Origin: Zygnema circumcarinatum SAG 698-1b | Taxonomy: Eukaryota > Plantae > Zygnematophyceae | Assembly: GCA_037447605.1 (NCBI GenBank) | Contig: CM074815.1 | Span: 248,001-312,000, forward strand | DNA length: 64,000 nucleotides | Direction: 5' to 3' | In this document: one piece after another, positions 30,899-42,533 of the stretch | How the letters are laid out: each line of letters begins with the position of its first letter | Position numbering within the stretch: the first letter of the stretch is position 1 | Position numbers and translations under genes: made by a program | Notes under the pieces: model-generated | The model's database searches: none | What the model was told of the DNA's origin: nothing | Seen by the model: the letters and a program-made list of their open reading frames with translations, nothing else

Positions 30899-32452
30899 GG
30901 CTTCCCTCTCCTTCCCTTTCCTTCCAAGCCCCCCTTCTCCCTTCCTATCCTTTCCTCTTCCTCCCCTCCCTACAAGGGGGGATGAACCAGAGAGGGTTCA
31001 GGGCTCGGGGTTCAGGGAATCCAATTGACGGCCAGGAATGTGCTACGTGGCGTGAATACATGATCGGACGGTCTGGAACACTCCTTATTACAACATGGAA
31101 AATGATCGGAGGTTCGCAAGTGTGATCGACGGCATGGGATCATCCACGGTGGCCGAATATGTGCATTCGACCGTCCAGAATGAAGCACGCCAATACATGG
31201 CTGGTCTGGAGCGGCATGACACGTGGTGAGCACCGATTGGATGGCGTGACCGTTGCGATCACGACACGTGGCTGAAAAGGCCGGTTCAACGCGTGGCGGG
31301 GCCCTGTGATTGGCCGATAAACTGGATAGTTTCAGGATTGTTCCAAGTGGAACCGCAATACGAGCCGGATCCACTGCGGTTCAACACTTTTTGTAGTCGT
31401 TTGCGATTGGCCAGTCCACACATTGATTTCATGTTGATGGAAATTGAAATGGCATTGATCTCACGATGGCGGGCGATGCCATCAAATGTGCATGGACAAA
31501 ATTATCATGGGGAACCACGAGGATTTGGTGGCAAAGGACCTAAGGACAAAAGAAAAAAGATGTTGATGTTGATGTTGATGTTGATGTTGTTCATGTTGAT
31601 CATTTCTAAGCAAAACCTCAAAAGTACGGTCCCTCTGCGCCGTCCGATGCATGCACGCGCAGAGTCCGACCGTCCGATTTCGCCCTCTTGTCGTTCTTTG
31701 GTTTAAAACGCCCGCCAGACGCCGGGTACGCGAGGGCCGTGTTCGCTGTTCGGTCACGTCACACCGTCCCGTGCTACTGTCGGCCGGCACAGCTCAACAT
31801 GGAACATTGGGTTCCTTGTTCACATTCACATGCTTCATGTAAGCGTTAAACTGCACAAGAATGCGAACTGATTCACAACGCAAGCAGGCGAGGATCACGG
31901 ATCCACCTTGCCGTACCGTGATGTTTGTCGTTTAGCGGTCAGCTCCGCGCCGCCCGGCCGACAGTGGATGAAGCGACAAGAAATGTACGGAACTAGACGA
32001 CTAGGAGTACAGTACGAATGCAATGATTGAACTGTACGAACACATACGAACAAAGTCCTGACAACATGGCGAGCCTGGACCAATCATAAGCTGTCGCGTT
32101 ATACAACAGAACACGTGAGTCGTGACACGTTATCAATGGCCAGCCGCCGCAGGCTACGCCGGTCCTGCTCATAATTAGCCGGCCGGCCACGCGTCTGTCA
32201 CTGCGAATGCGTGCGGCGGAGCGGCCCTGCGCGGCAGGGCGCTCCGATTTAGGGTTGGGAGTTAGGGCGGAGGGACGAGGGAGGGCGGAGGGAGCCATGG
32301 CAGGGAGGGTCGAGAGGGCGGAGGGAGGAGGGAGGGCGGAGGGAGCCATGGTGGGGAAGGTTGGGAGGGCGGAGGGCGGAGGGAGGGTGGAGGAAGGAGC
32401 GAGGGCGGAGGGAGCCATGGCGGGGAGGGCGGCAGCGGACGCGAGGACGGCC

Positions 32453-33983
32453 ATGGCCGGCATGGCGGCGCGGCTCTGCCTCCTTCCCCTCCTCCTCCTC
32501 CTCCTCCATCCGTACGGTGCCTCCTCTGTCGCCGCTACGTGCGAGCAGACGATGGACGCCGCCGACGCGGAGGCGCTGCTCGAAGCCAAGGCAGAGTTGC
32601 TCGACCCTCAGAACGTCCTCGCCACGTGGCAGGCATCCGACGTCGCCAGCGCGTGCTGCTGGGACGCGTCGGCGATCACTTGCGACTTCAAGAAGAGGTC
32701 TGCGCGCGTGACGGTATTGGACCTGTCCTTTAAGGGGCTGGGCGGAACCCTCCCGACGGCTTTCGGCAAACTCTCCGAGCTCACATCTCTGTCCCTGGCC
32801 ACCAACTCCTTCGCGGGGCCCATTCCGGAAACTTGGGGGAATCTGACCAAGCTGACGGAACTGGACTTGTCTTATAATCAGCTTACGGGCGCCCTTCCGC
32901 CGGCTTTCGGCAAACTCGCGGAGCTGACACTTCTGCAACTATTCAGCAATTCCTTGGAAGGACCCATTCCGGAAGAGTGGGGTAACCTGACCAAGCTGAC
33001 GACACTGGATTTGTCTTATAACCTCAACCTGAACGGCTCCCTGGAGGTGCTGGGAGGGCTCATATCCCTGCAAGGGCTCACTCTGGGCGGCAATAGTTTC
33101 ACTGGAGACCTCGACAAGCTGCCGCTGGGAAAGCTGAAAGCCCTGGCAGGTTTAGACCTATCGAGCAACGCCTTCACTGGGGTTTTCCCACCGTGGCTGA
33201 AGCAGCTGCGGGCCCTCCAGACGATAGATCTAAGAAAAAACAATCTCTCCCCCTCCTCTCTTCCGCAAGATGATGCCTTTTGGCCCGAGACATTGGAGTA
33301 TGTTTATTTCTCTTCCTTGAATTTGGTGGGCCATATACCTTCCCCGCTGTGCTCACGTCAGATTGCTGAAATCGACCTCAGCTCCAACGGCCTCAATGGC
33401 AGCTTCCCCAATTGCACCTCAGCATCTTTAATTTCAAAACTGGATTTTAGCAGTAACAGTCTCACGGGCGTCTTGCCAGCCAACCCCATTTTCGGGCTCG
33501 GCAATTTTGGTCTCGATTGTAAGGTGAACGTTTCGCATAACCAGCTGAGTGGTGGTATCTTCAAGTTCAGTGATGCGCTGTGCTCCAATTCCTCATTTGA
33601 AATTTACTTGGACCTCAGCCACAACAGCTTCACCGGAGGCGTCCCCAGCGTGCTTGGTAATTGCACTGGTAAATTCGGTTTTCTCTCCCTCGGCAATAAT
33701 ACCTTCAAAGGCAGCATTCCGGAGAGCCTATTTTACAATACCTTTGAAATGTGAGCGCCATTAACACTTCATAAACTGAGTCTTATGTTTGATGGCCATT
33801 GTACGGCAGATAGCAGGAGCAGATCTATGACGTTTTATCATCAGACAGATGGTCTTTGAAGGCTGCTTTTCGTTTTCCTTCCTTTCTGTTTTTGTAATCT
33901 CACAGGGATGTCAGCAATAACTTGATCAGAAATGTTTCCGAGCTCACAAAGGGCACATCACTCATGGAAACGCTGTGAGTGCG

Positions 33984-34018
<35 letters not shown>

Positions 34019-37000
34019 CCGCCCTCGCCCTCTCCCGTCCGATCCCACTCCCCCACGGCGCCCAGGTCGGGCCGTGACGTGACAGCCTCATGTTGCGGAG
34101 GTGCCCGGGATAGAGGACCGTACGGGCCGAAGGGAGGATGGCCGTGACATCAAAATGGATGAAAAAAAAAAAAAAAAAAAACAAAAAGAAATAAACCTGG
34201 GACATGTCCTCATTAGGAAGAGCAATGGGCGCAGACGATTGCGGGGAAATCGGCTGACTGAGTTTAACGCTTCTGGTTTCACAAGCCTAAAGATTCTGTA
34301 AGCACATTCTTCTCCATGACTAACAAACCCTTACTCTAGCCCTAATTGAAGAACCAACCGTTGCTAAACGTTGATTATCATCAAGAAAAATACTTTCAGC
34401 ATCAGTGATTTTTCAAAGTTTCTGAAATGAGGATATAAACATTGCCAAATACTGTTAGTTCTTCGAGTATACCTGTTCTGCAAATCGCTTTTTGAAGCTT
34501 TCCATATACCTGTAAAAGAGACAAGCAAGACGCAGCCAGTTCAATTCAGTACAACCCTAAAAACCCTAGAAACCCTAAAATCGCTTAAAACCCTATAAAC
34601 CCTATAAACCCTATAAACCCTATAATCCCTATAAACCCTAAAAAGCCTAAAAACCGTAAAAAAATTTCCACGCGTGAAGATGAGTGACTACTTTGACTGT
34701 TCGACCATTTCTGTTGGACCATATTCACTGCACCAGTTGCAGCCACGCATTCGCCTAATCTCTCTCTAATGTCGCCCAATGCTCTCCCACGCATGCAGGG
34801 ATGTCGGAGAAAACATGCTGACGAGTGCACCCATTTCGATCGAGAAGGTGACTCTACTTCGAGAATTGTAAGTGGTTTTTAGGGTTTTTCAGTGCTTTAA
34901 GTCCTGCGGATTAAAATATCTAGAAACGAGAATATGGAAATATGTTAAAATTGTGTTGAAGATCAGTCTGAACCAATCATGTGCTTTCATTTGCGGCAGG
35001 ATTTTTCACTTATGCTGTGTCTCTAATCTGTCACTTGCAGGTACTTGGACAGTAACAACATCACAGACATTTCCGAGTTTTTTGTTGACATGCCTTTACT
35101 CTCGATTTTGTAAGCACAAACTGTATATTCATAACTTTCTAATTTCCTTTCGTTTTGGTGACTATAAACGGACAGCTTCATGGTTTGCCACGAGCAAATT
35201 TTACTAGGTGATTATATAATTTTTTTTCAAGGTTATTTCATAGCCGGAATAACGCATCCCAAAGGTTCTTAAAAGAGCGAAATAAAGGCGTAACATTTTG
35301 CGGTAGTTTCAAGGTTTGCAGGGATCTCAGCAATAACGAAATCCCGAATTTTCCCGACGTCACTATCGCAATGCCGTCCTTCAAGTCGTTGTGAGTAGAA
35401 TGAGTACTTCGCCCAATGGTGGGAGAGAACTCTACCGAATTTTTCATCTGTTCTTGACACTTGAATACTGTCTATAGATTTCTCAACAACCTGGTTTCGT
35501 AACTTGCAGAAAGAAACATTTTAGAGCTTGACGTGTATATGGCTCAATTCAAATTACTTCTGTGTATCAGGCTGATTTGAAAGCATTTCATTCTCGTTAT
35601 AATGTTGCTGTGAAGTGAAAGAACAAGAAAGAAAAGTTTTTGCCCCAGAAAGAACACAGATCCTTCACTCAGATTCTTCCTTCACTATGCCCCTTATAGC
35701 ATATGTTGCCCTTAGTATGCAAGCACTGCAATGAGGTTTACGTCTCATCTGCGTTGTCCGATACATTTCTGCAGGAAAGTGCGTGGAAATCTGCTAAGCA
35801 GCTTATCTAAATTGAGCAATTTTACTCAGCTTGAGAACTTGTAAGTCGATGATCCTCTCTCTTGGTGAAGGTCAAAATCAGTTTACATCTCTTCTGAGCA
35901 AGAGCGGCCGCAATCTTGCATTTGAAAAAACTAGCAGTTTTAAAGAGGAAACTGAGCGTCCGCTTGGGCTTTTTCCCACAGAGATGTGGGAGGGAACAAG
36001 TTGACCACTGTGCCCGCCGTAATCAGCAACTTGAATTTACTCCAGACACTGTGAGTTCCAACCACTTTGCTGCCCCTGAATTCGGTCAATTGATAAACCC
36101 TTAGAAACAAAACTGGCGTGATGCCACTTTTAAGTGAAATCCTTAAGAAAAACCCTAATATCCTTTTTCTGAAAGAATTTTTTTTCAGTAAGTTCTTCTT
36201 TCTTTCTTACTGAAAGAACTTTCTTTCAGAATGAATTCATGAGCTTTACTAAGTCCTCGGCAATCATTTTAAAGTTAGGCGCATCCTTCACATCCTTGCC
36301 GTAGATGCCGTGAACCAAACTCACTTCTGGTGGAATAGATTTTTATGAATTGAACCTCTTGGTAATAGTTAGTTTCTCTCCATTAAACATTACCTTAATG
36401 ACTGCAATCTCTGAACGCACGCCACTTCTTTGCTGAAAGCGAAATTATTGTGACATCTGATGCTTGAAACTTGATACAATGTCGGTGCTTGCCCTTAGGG
36501 TTTTGCAGCTTATATAAAAACTGAGACTGAGATCTGTCTGTCGAGGTGCAGGTATTTGGACAACAACAACATCACTGGCGGAATTCCGGCTTTTATAGGA
36601 AACATATCTTTCCTTCAGGCTTTGTAGGCATCGCAACCGCACCTTTTGTTCCAAATTTTTAATGTAAGAAAATAGCTGTTCACAGCATCTCTCGGCAGAT
36701 CTGATCGTGATTGACACCTTTTTTGTTCCTCTGATGGTTCAGGGATTTGTCCAACAATCCTTTAACTGGAAGCATTCCTGACACCTTTGCGTCCGACGAC
36801 TTTTATTTTGACGAAAGTTTGCTGTTCTACAAGTACATTAGCTTCATTGGACTTACGCACATGTGAGTCTGAACTGCGTGCTCAAAACTGCTTGATGTGA
36901 GTAAGGTCAAGAGCTGCAGGGAACTCAAATTGACACTAACTGACATCTGCCATAACTCCAACAATTTCGCGAGCTTGCTGCAAAGTCCTGAACTATCCCG

Positions 37001-37059
37001 ACTTACGAATCCTCTAATCAAAGAAGAAGGAGAAGAAGCAGAAGACGACGAAGTAGAAG

Positions 37060-37091
<32 letters not shown>

Positions 37092-39332
37092 GAAGAAGAA
37101 GAAGAAGAAGAAGAAGAAGGAGAAGACGAAGAAGAGGAAGTAGGAGGAGAAAAAGAAGTAGAAGAAGAAGAAGGAGACGAAGAAGAAGAAGAAGAAGAAG
37201 AAGAAGAAGAAGAAGCACACCAACGCATTGCGCAATCAGTCCTTAAAGATGAATTCGGACATTATTGATATCCGGTTGTGATCGATTGTGGACGATTGAT
37301 ATTCACTCTTTGCTGTCCAGTGGAAACTTGTGGATGTCTAATGGCCTTTTTTTTTTCTTGCATGCAGGAACTTGAGCCATTGTCAACTCAATGGAAACAT
37401 TTCCTCAAAATTTGGAAACTTAAAAAGGCTCGAATCCTTGTAAGAACTCTTACGCTTCGGATACTTAGCCGTTTAGGCTGTTTAGGGTTAGCTTTTGAGA
37501 TTCTTCATACTCAGCCTTTTGAGGGTAGTGTTTTCGAGTTGTAGCCTGCAAGCTCGTGGTTCTTGGCGTGAGGAAATGTGAAACTCCTAGCAATTCATTG
37601 GAGGCGCTTATTCGTCCGCAGGGACTTGTCAGCCAATGGGCTGAGCGGAGAGCTTCCAGATTTGCAGAACACTCGCCTTCAAGTGCTGTAAGTGAGCAGT
37701 TTCTGGCTTTGCTTCTCGCATTTGTCTTCGTTTGTTCCCGGGCCCATTCGATAGCTGAATATTGAGAAGTAATTGCCACTAGTAAAGATAACAACGCTTA
37801 TCGAGGGAACGTTTTTTCGAACATTTTAAGTGATTCTACTTTTAAAAAGTTAGTTCAAGCTAAAGAAGAAGGTTGCTCAAAAAACCCAAACCTGAGACCT
37901 CAGGTTTTCTCACTCAAAAACCCTAAAAACCTTCCATTCGCAATACATGTGCAGACTTTTCTCAGGCATTCTACTTCATCGTACATTTGTCTACACTTGT
38001 ACTCATATGCAAAGCCACGAAGCTGCACACTGGTTTTTAGGGTTTTTAGGATTTTAGGGTTTTTGTTTGTCTTCAGTAATTTTAACCTGCAGACAATGTC
38101 GGTGGCCTTTCCAACCGATTGCAGGAACTTGTCCCAAAATGCTCTTACTGGCATTGTGACCCCTTCTTTGGGCAACCTTTCATTGAATTCGATGTAAGTT
38201 CGGTAACCTCCAACTGCTGTTCCATTTTCACGATGTATTTAAGAAGAAATGGCTTCAAAACATGGACTGGAATTACAAACTGGAACTAAAAACCCTAAAA
38301 ACCCTAAAAACCCTAATAGTTCATTGACATGTAAAGACGTAAGTCTTGTCGGCGTCAATAAGAGCAGCCACATGCGACATGAGAGTCAAGTCCAAAACCC
38401 TAAAATTTTGTTGGTTCCAGAAACCACTGTGATTTTTGTATTATTCATGAACTAAGACTTGTGCAAAAGTAAACTAAGCAATGTAACACCTATAGCTTAC
38501 AAAATAAAGCATATTGCTCCAACTTTCTTCAGAATGAATTCAGGCCAAGGCCGCCTAGCATGAGCATTGCTAAAATCCGTCGGACAGAATGAATCAGTCT
38601 ATAAGTTAAATTCCCAATACAAAACCATCATTTCTAACATGTCCAAGACATAATCACTCCTACAAGCTTCAGCCGAGTCCCCTGGCACCCTCCTAATTTG
38701 ACCCTCCTAATTTCACCCTCCTAATTTCACCCTCCCAATTTCGAAGTTAGAGCAGCAATGTGCTCTGCGATAGGGATCGCCTACTTTGTTTCTGTTTCCC
38801 TCTCTCTTGTTGCCCCTCCCTCCCTCCCTCCCTCACCTATCCTAAACAATCACTATCTTTCTCTCCCTGTCCAGCGACTTAAGCGGCAACAGTTTTTTCG
38901 GAATTCTTCCCGCGGAGCTCACTTTCAACAAAAACTTGTCGGCGTGTGACAAGTACGTGCTTCACATTGTTTCGAATGTTTCATGCTCTTCTTGCGACAT
39001 TGAGAGTTATTTTTTTCAAGAACTCACACAATTTCCATTGATTTGGGCATTGCAGCTATCTTCCAGGAAATCAGGGACTCCAAATTCTGTGTGTTCAAGG
39101 TGAGGGGACGACTACTACTTAGATGTATAAAAGGTCTGCATCTTCCATTACCGATTTGAGGACGCAGCATTTGAGGAGGATAGGAAATATCTTCCTTGTT
39201 TATTTCCATTCAGATCATGCTCGATTTCCAGTTCAGTTTGACAGTTCGCACATTTCTGACATTACATCTCATGCGACTCTTAATACTATCCGTACTATAG
39301 GTGTTCGAAGCTCGATTGAACCTCCCCACCTC

Positions 39333-39380
<48 letters not shown>

Positions 39381-42300
39381 ACCACTCTCCTCCCTCCTTC
39401 CCAACACAAAGAATGATAAGTGTTGACCTTGTTCAGGCTACATCCAGAATAACGCATCGCCTCCTCCCCCGCCCCCGTCTCCGCCTCCCCCGTCTCCACC
39501 TCCGGCTCGAAATAGCGATAATGGTTGCCATTCTTTCACTCATCATTTTTCCCTTAATGGCTGCAAATGTGAAGGGCATCTGACCCTCTGCAAATTGCCA
39601 TTAGGCCTTTCTTTCATAGACTTCTGACTCGGTGGTCGATTTTTCTTTGCAGGTCGATTGTTTGTGATCATTCTTGTTGTGGTGGGAGTCCTTGTACTCA
39701 TTGGCGGCGCCCTCCTTTTGGCCTACATTTGCCTCCGCCCAAGTAATGATGTCCATTCTCTCTCCAGTCTCTTTGTCGTAGTCTTCTTCACAATCTATCT
39801 CCTTTCGGAAATCTGTATCCAAAGTGAGGCTTTGAAGGCGCTGAAATTTAGAACCGCTACTCTGACAAAACTGTAACTTTTCTAAACAGACTCGTTTGGA
39901 TTGGTTTGAAGCATGCAGAGAAGTCGGTGAAATCACAGTTTGCCGTGAAATTGGAGGACCATTTCGTGAAGCCAATTGGGCTGCAAAGCATCCGTGAAGC
40001 CACCGACAATTTCAGCGAGGACAAGCTGCTCGGCCAGGGCGGCTACGGCAGTGTGTACAAAGGGGACTTAAAGAACGGGGAGGTTTGGGCGGTGAAGAGG
40101 GCCACCACTGTCTCGCTTCAAGGCCTGCAGATTTTTCAGAATGAGGTGAGACCTAAGTTTAGGATTTAGGGTTTAGGGTATAGGGTTCAGGATTTAAGGT
40201 TTAGGGTATAGGGTTTTTAGGGCTTTTAGGGTCTTTTTAAGTCTTCCATTGTTCACCATTTCAACCCGAGTTGTTTCACACGTCAAGATGGCAATGATGC
40301 GCAAACCTCACGAGCACTTTGCTGTATGCAGGTTGACATCATTTCAAGGATGAACCACAAAAATCTCGTGAAGTTGCTCGGCTTTTGCGACGAGGACAAC
40401 GAACAGATTTTGATATACGAGTTTGTTGAAAACGGCACATTGAGCTCAGCTCTTCGATTGAAAGAGGGTAGACTTTCCATCCCTTTGGAGTTTTGGATCA
40501 GCCTTCTCACTTGCTGTACTCTTATTGTCTTGCGAGTGCTTGAAATTTCGAGAACTGTCCATCACGAAAGCTTGGAACTTCATTCGTAACCAATCGTTGT
40601 TCCGTAAATGTCCACTATATCGATTTGGCATTGGTATATTGAACATTGTAACATTGTTGTTAATGCATCTTGTGATGAACCAGGAGGAGGTAAAACCCCT
40701 TTGACTTTCACGCAGCGCTTAGGAGTTGCCTTGGGAGCAGCCGAGGGTCTGGCATACCTCCACACGCAGGCGAAGCCCGCCATCATTCACCGCGATGTCA
40801 AGTCGGACAACATTCTCTTGGACGCCAAATTACAGGTGTGGAATGGCGCAGTCCTTTCTTCCTTAATTTGAATCTCTCGAAGTAGGCTCGACTTTTGATG
40901 TAGGCATTTGCGCATGACCACCCCCCGCAAGGCAATAACAGTACATCGCTATGAATCTTGTCGCAGGCAAAAGTTGCTGATTTTGGGCTCCTAAAGGACA
41001 ACGAAGACGAGGAGGCCTCAATCCATAGGACACGTGTGGCGGGGACGCATGGGTACATGGACTGTAACAGCTGAAAACCGCCTCTTCAGCCTGCGCGGAA
41101 TCACACACCAGCACTCAGCAAAACAGAGTTCAGATTGAGAGGGATTCAGAGAGAAAGAGAGCTTCAGAGTGGGGAGCAGCCCGGGGTGGGCGTGCAACCG
41201 TATGCCGGTACGTTGGTTGGGTGACGACNNNNNNNNNNGAACGGAGAAGTCCAAAAGGGGGATCCGGGCCGCGGCCCGAGATCCAATCGCGAGACCGGAT
41301 TGGTCCCGTGGTGCCGTTAGTCCGTGATCCTCCTCTACGCTGAGAGGAGGGGACCTTGGCCGGTGACGTGGGGCCCATAGAGATTATGTGGCAGCCCCAC
41401 GGGTGAACCAGTTCTTACGGTTCGAACCTAGGACCTCCGTCGTCCTATAGGGTATCCGATGCCCTAACCGATAGGTACTGCATTGGATGGAAACATAAAG
41501 CCACGCCGGGCTCTAAGTAACCCTTCCCCCTTGGGGTGACTGTAGCGTTTCGCTACATGGACCCCGAGTACTACACCACCTATAGGGTCACTCCAAAGAG
41601 CGATGTGTATAGGTAAGGGCAAGCTTGACGCTACCTTTTCGACTCTCTTAATGAATGCCATGAACTTTGTGATGAGATTTAGGATTGGAGAAAAAGTCGT
41701 TGCAAAAAGCAGAGGTAGCGACTAAACTGCTACCTGCCCTTTTTCTTTGTCAAAGCAACTTCCAAAGAAAGGTAGATGGTGCTGGACTATTTATTGAAAT
41801 ATTAAGGACATGTGCCCTTCATTGTGCAGCTTTGGCGTTGTCATCCTTGAGCTCCTCACCGGTCAACCAGCGGTGATGTCCCGAGCGGATGGAGTTGTGG
41901 ACGAATTTATGTCACTGTCAAACTGGGTATGGCCCGCTAAAGCATCCTTGCCCACTTTGCTCATGTCACACCTGATATTGGCAGAAGAGGTCATGTTTCG
42001 GAGTTTCGGACCTTGCTACGATGTAGCAAGTCTCTCTCTCTCTCACACTCTCTCTCTCTCTCTGTCTCTCTCTCTCTTGCTACGATGTAGCAAGGAAGAA
42101 GATTCCATCCGTTCAACACATTAGGACTTCATGTTCACCCTCAATCTTCTCAACTTCTTTCAAAGCCACAGTTGTGAAAGGATAGAACTGACCTGTTCGA
42201 TCTCTCCATCCTCAGGCACTGGAACGAGTCCGTAGCACCTTCGGCCTCACTGCAATTGCTGACCCCAACCTGGACAACGACTACAAGCTGGAGGACTTGC

Positions 42301-42533
42301 AAGCGTTGGCGGACATTGCCGCCTCTTGCCTTCAAAAGATTTCAAAATATCGTCCAGATATGGTGGACGTTGCGAGCCAACTGCGAGTGCTCAAGGGCAA
42401 GGTAGAGGGCGTGTACGTGCCGGTCCCATCGCGTGAGAAGGAAGACATCACGGTTGAACCAACTTGGTCTTCTATGGTAGGTTCTTCGTCAATGAGTACG
42501 GTTCAACAAGAAAGCGTTTTGATTGGAAGATAG
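32453..42533 (+). CDS. LRR receptor-like Ser/Thr kinase (signal peptide, about 25 LRRs, TM, RD kinase); kinase exon interrupted by a mobile element
   Basis: Signal peptide [19 protein letters not shown] (further in-frame ATGs lie upstream). Exon 1 is 32453-33750 (LRR N-cap [11 protein letters not shown] plus about 13 LRRs). Single-LRR phase-2 exons follow: 33906-33974, 34235-34297, 34799-34867, 35041-35109, 35775-35840, 35982-36050, 36552-36623, 36743-36862, 37368-37439, 37622-37687, 38125-38193, 38875-38952. Then 39058-39099, 39214-39300, TM 39653-39743, and kinase exons 39919-40145 ([17 protein letters not shown]), 40332-40466, 40684-40835 ([11 protein letters not shown]), 40967-41062 + 41563-41612 (DFG, GTHGYMD|PEYY), 41830-41926 and 42216-42533. 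The juxtamembrane exon boundaries are less certain. Confidence 0.92.
37021..37215. repeat. (GAA)n-type microsatellite in an LRR-RLK intron
   Basis: Imperfect GAA run between LRR exons 36743-36862 and 37368-37439. Confidence 0.92.
41063..41557. mobile_element. TG...CA element (solo LTR or collapsed LTR retroelement; internal 10-N gap) inserted in kinase subdomain VIII
   Basis: tggac|TGTAACAGCT...TGTAGCGTTTCGCTACA|tggac, with TSD at 41058-41062 and 41558-41562. Removing the element and one TSD copy restores GGGTACATGGACCCCGAGTACTAC (GYMDPEYY), which is uninterrupted in the paralog at 17019-17164. Its terminal motifs and tRNA-like core match those of 16433-16562. Confidence 0.92.

Noticed and set aside
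36897-37268. Glu-rich 123-aa ORF and poly-Ser/Leu/Phe antisense ORFs
   Set aside because: They come from the (GAA)n tract inside an LRR-RLK intron flanked by in-phase LRR exons.
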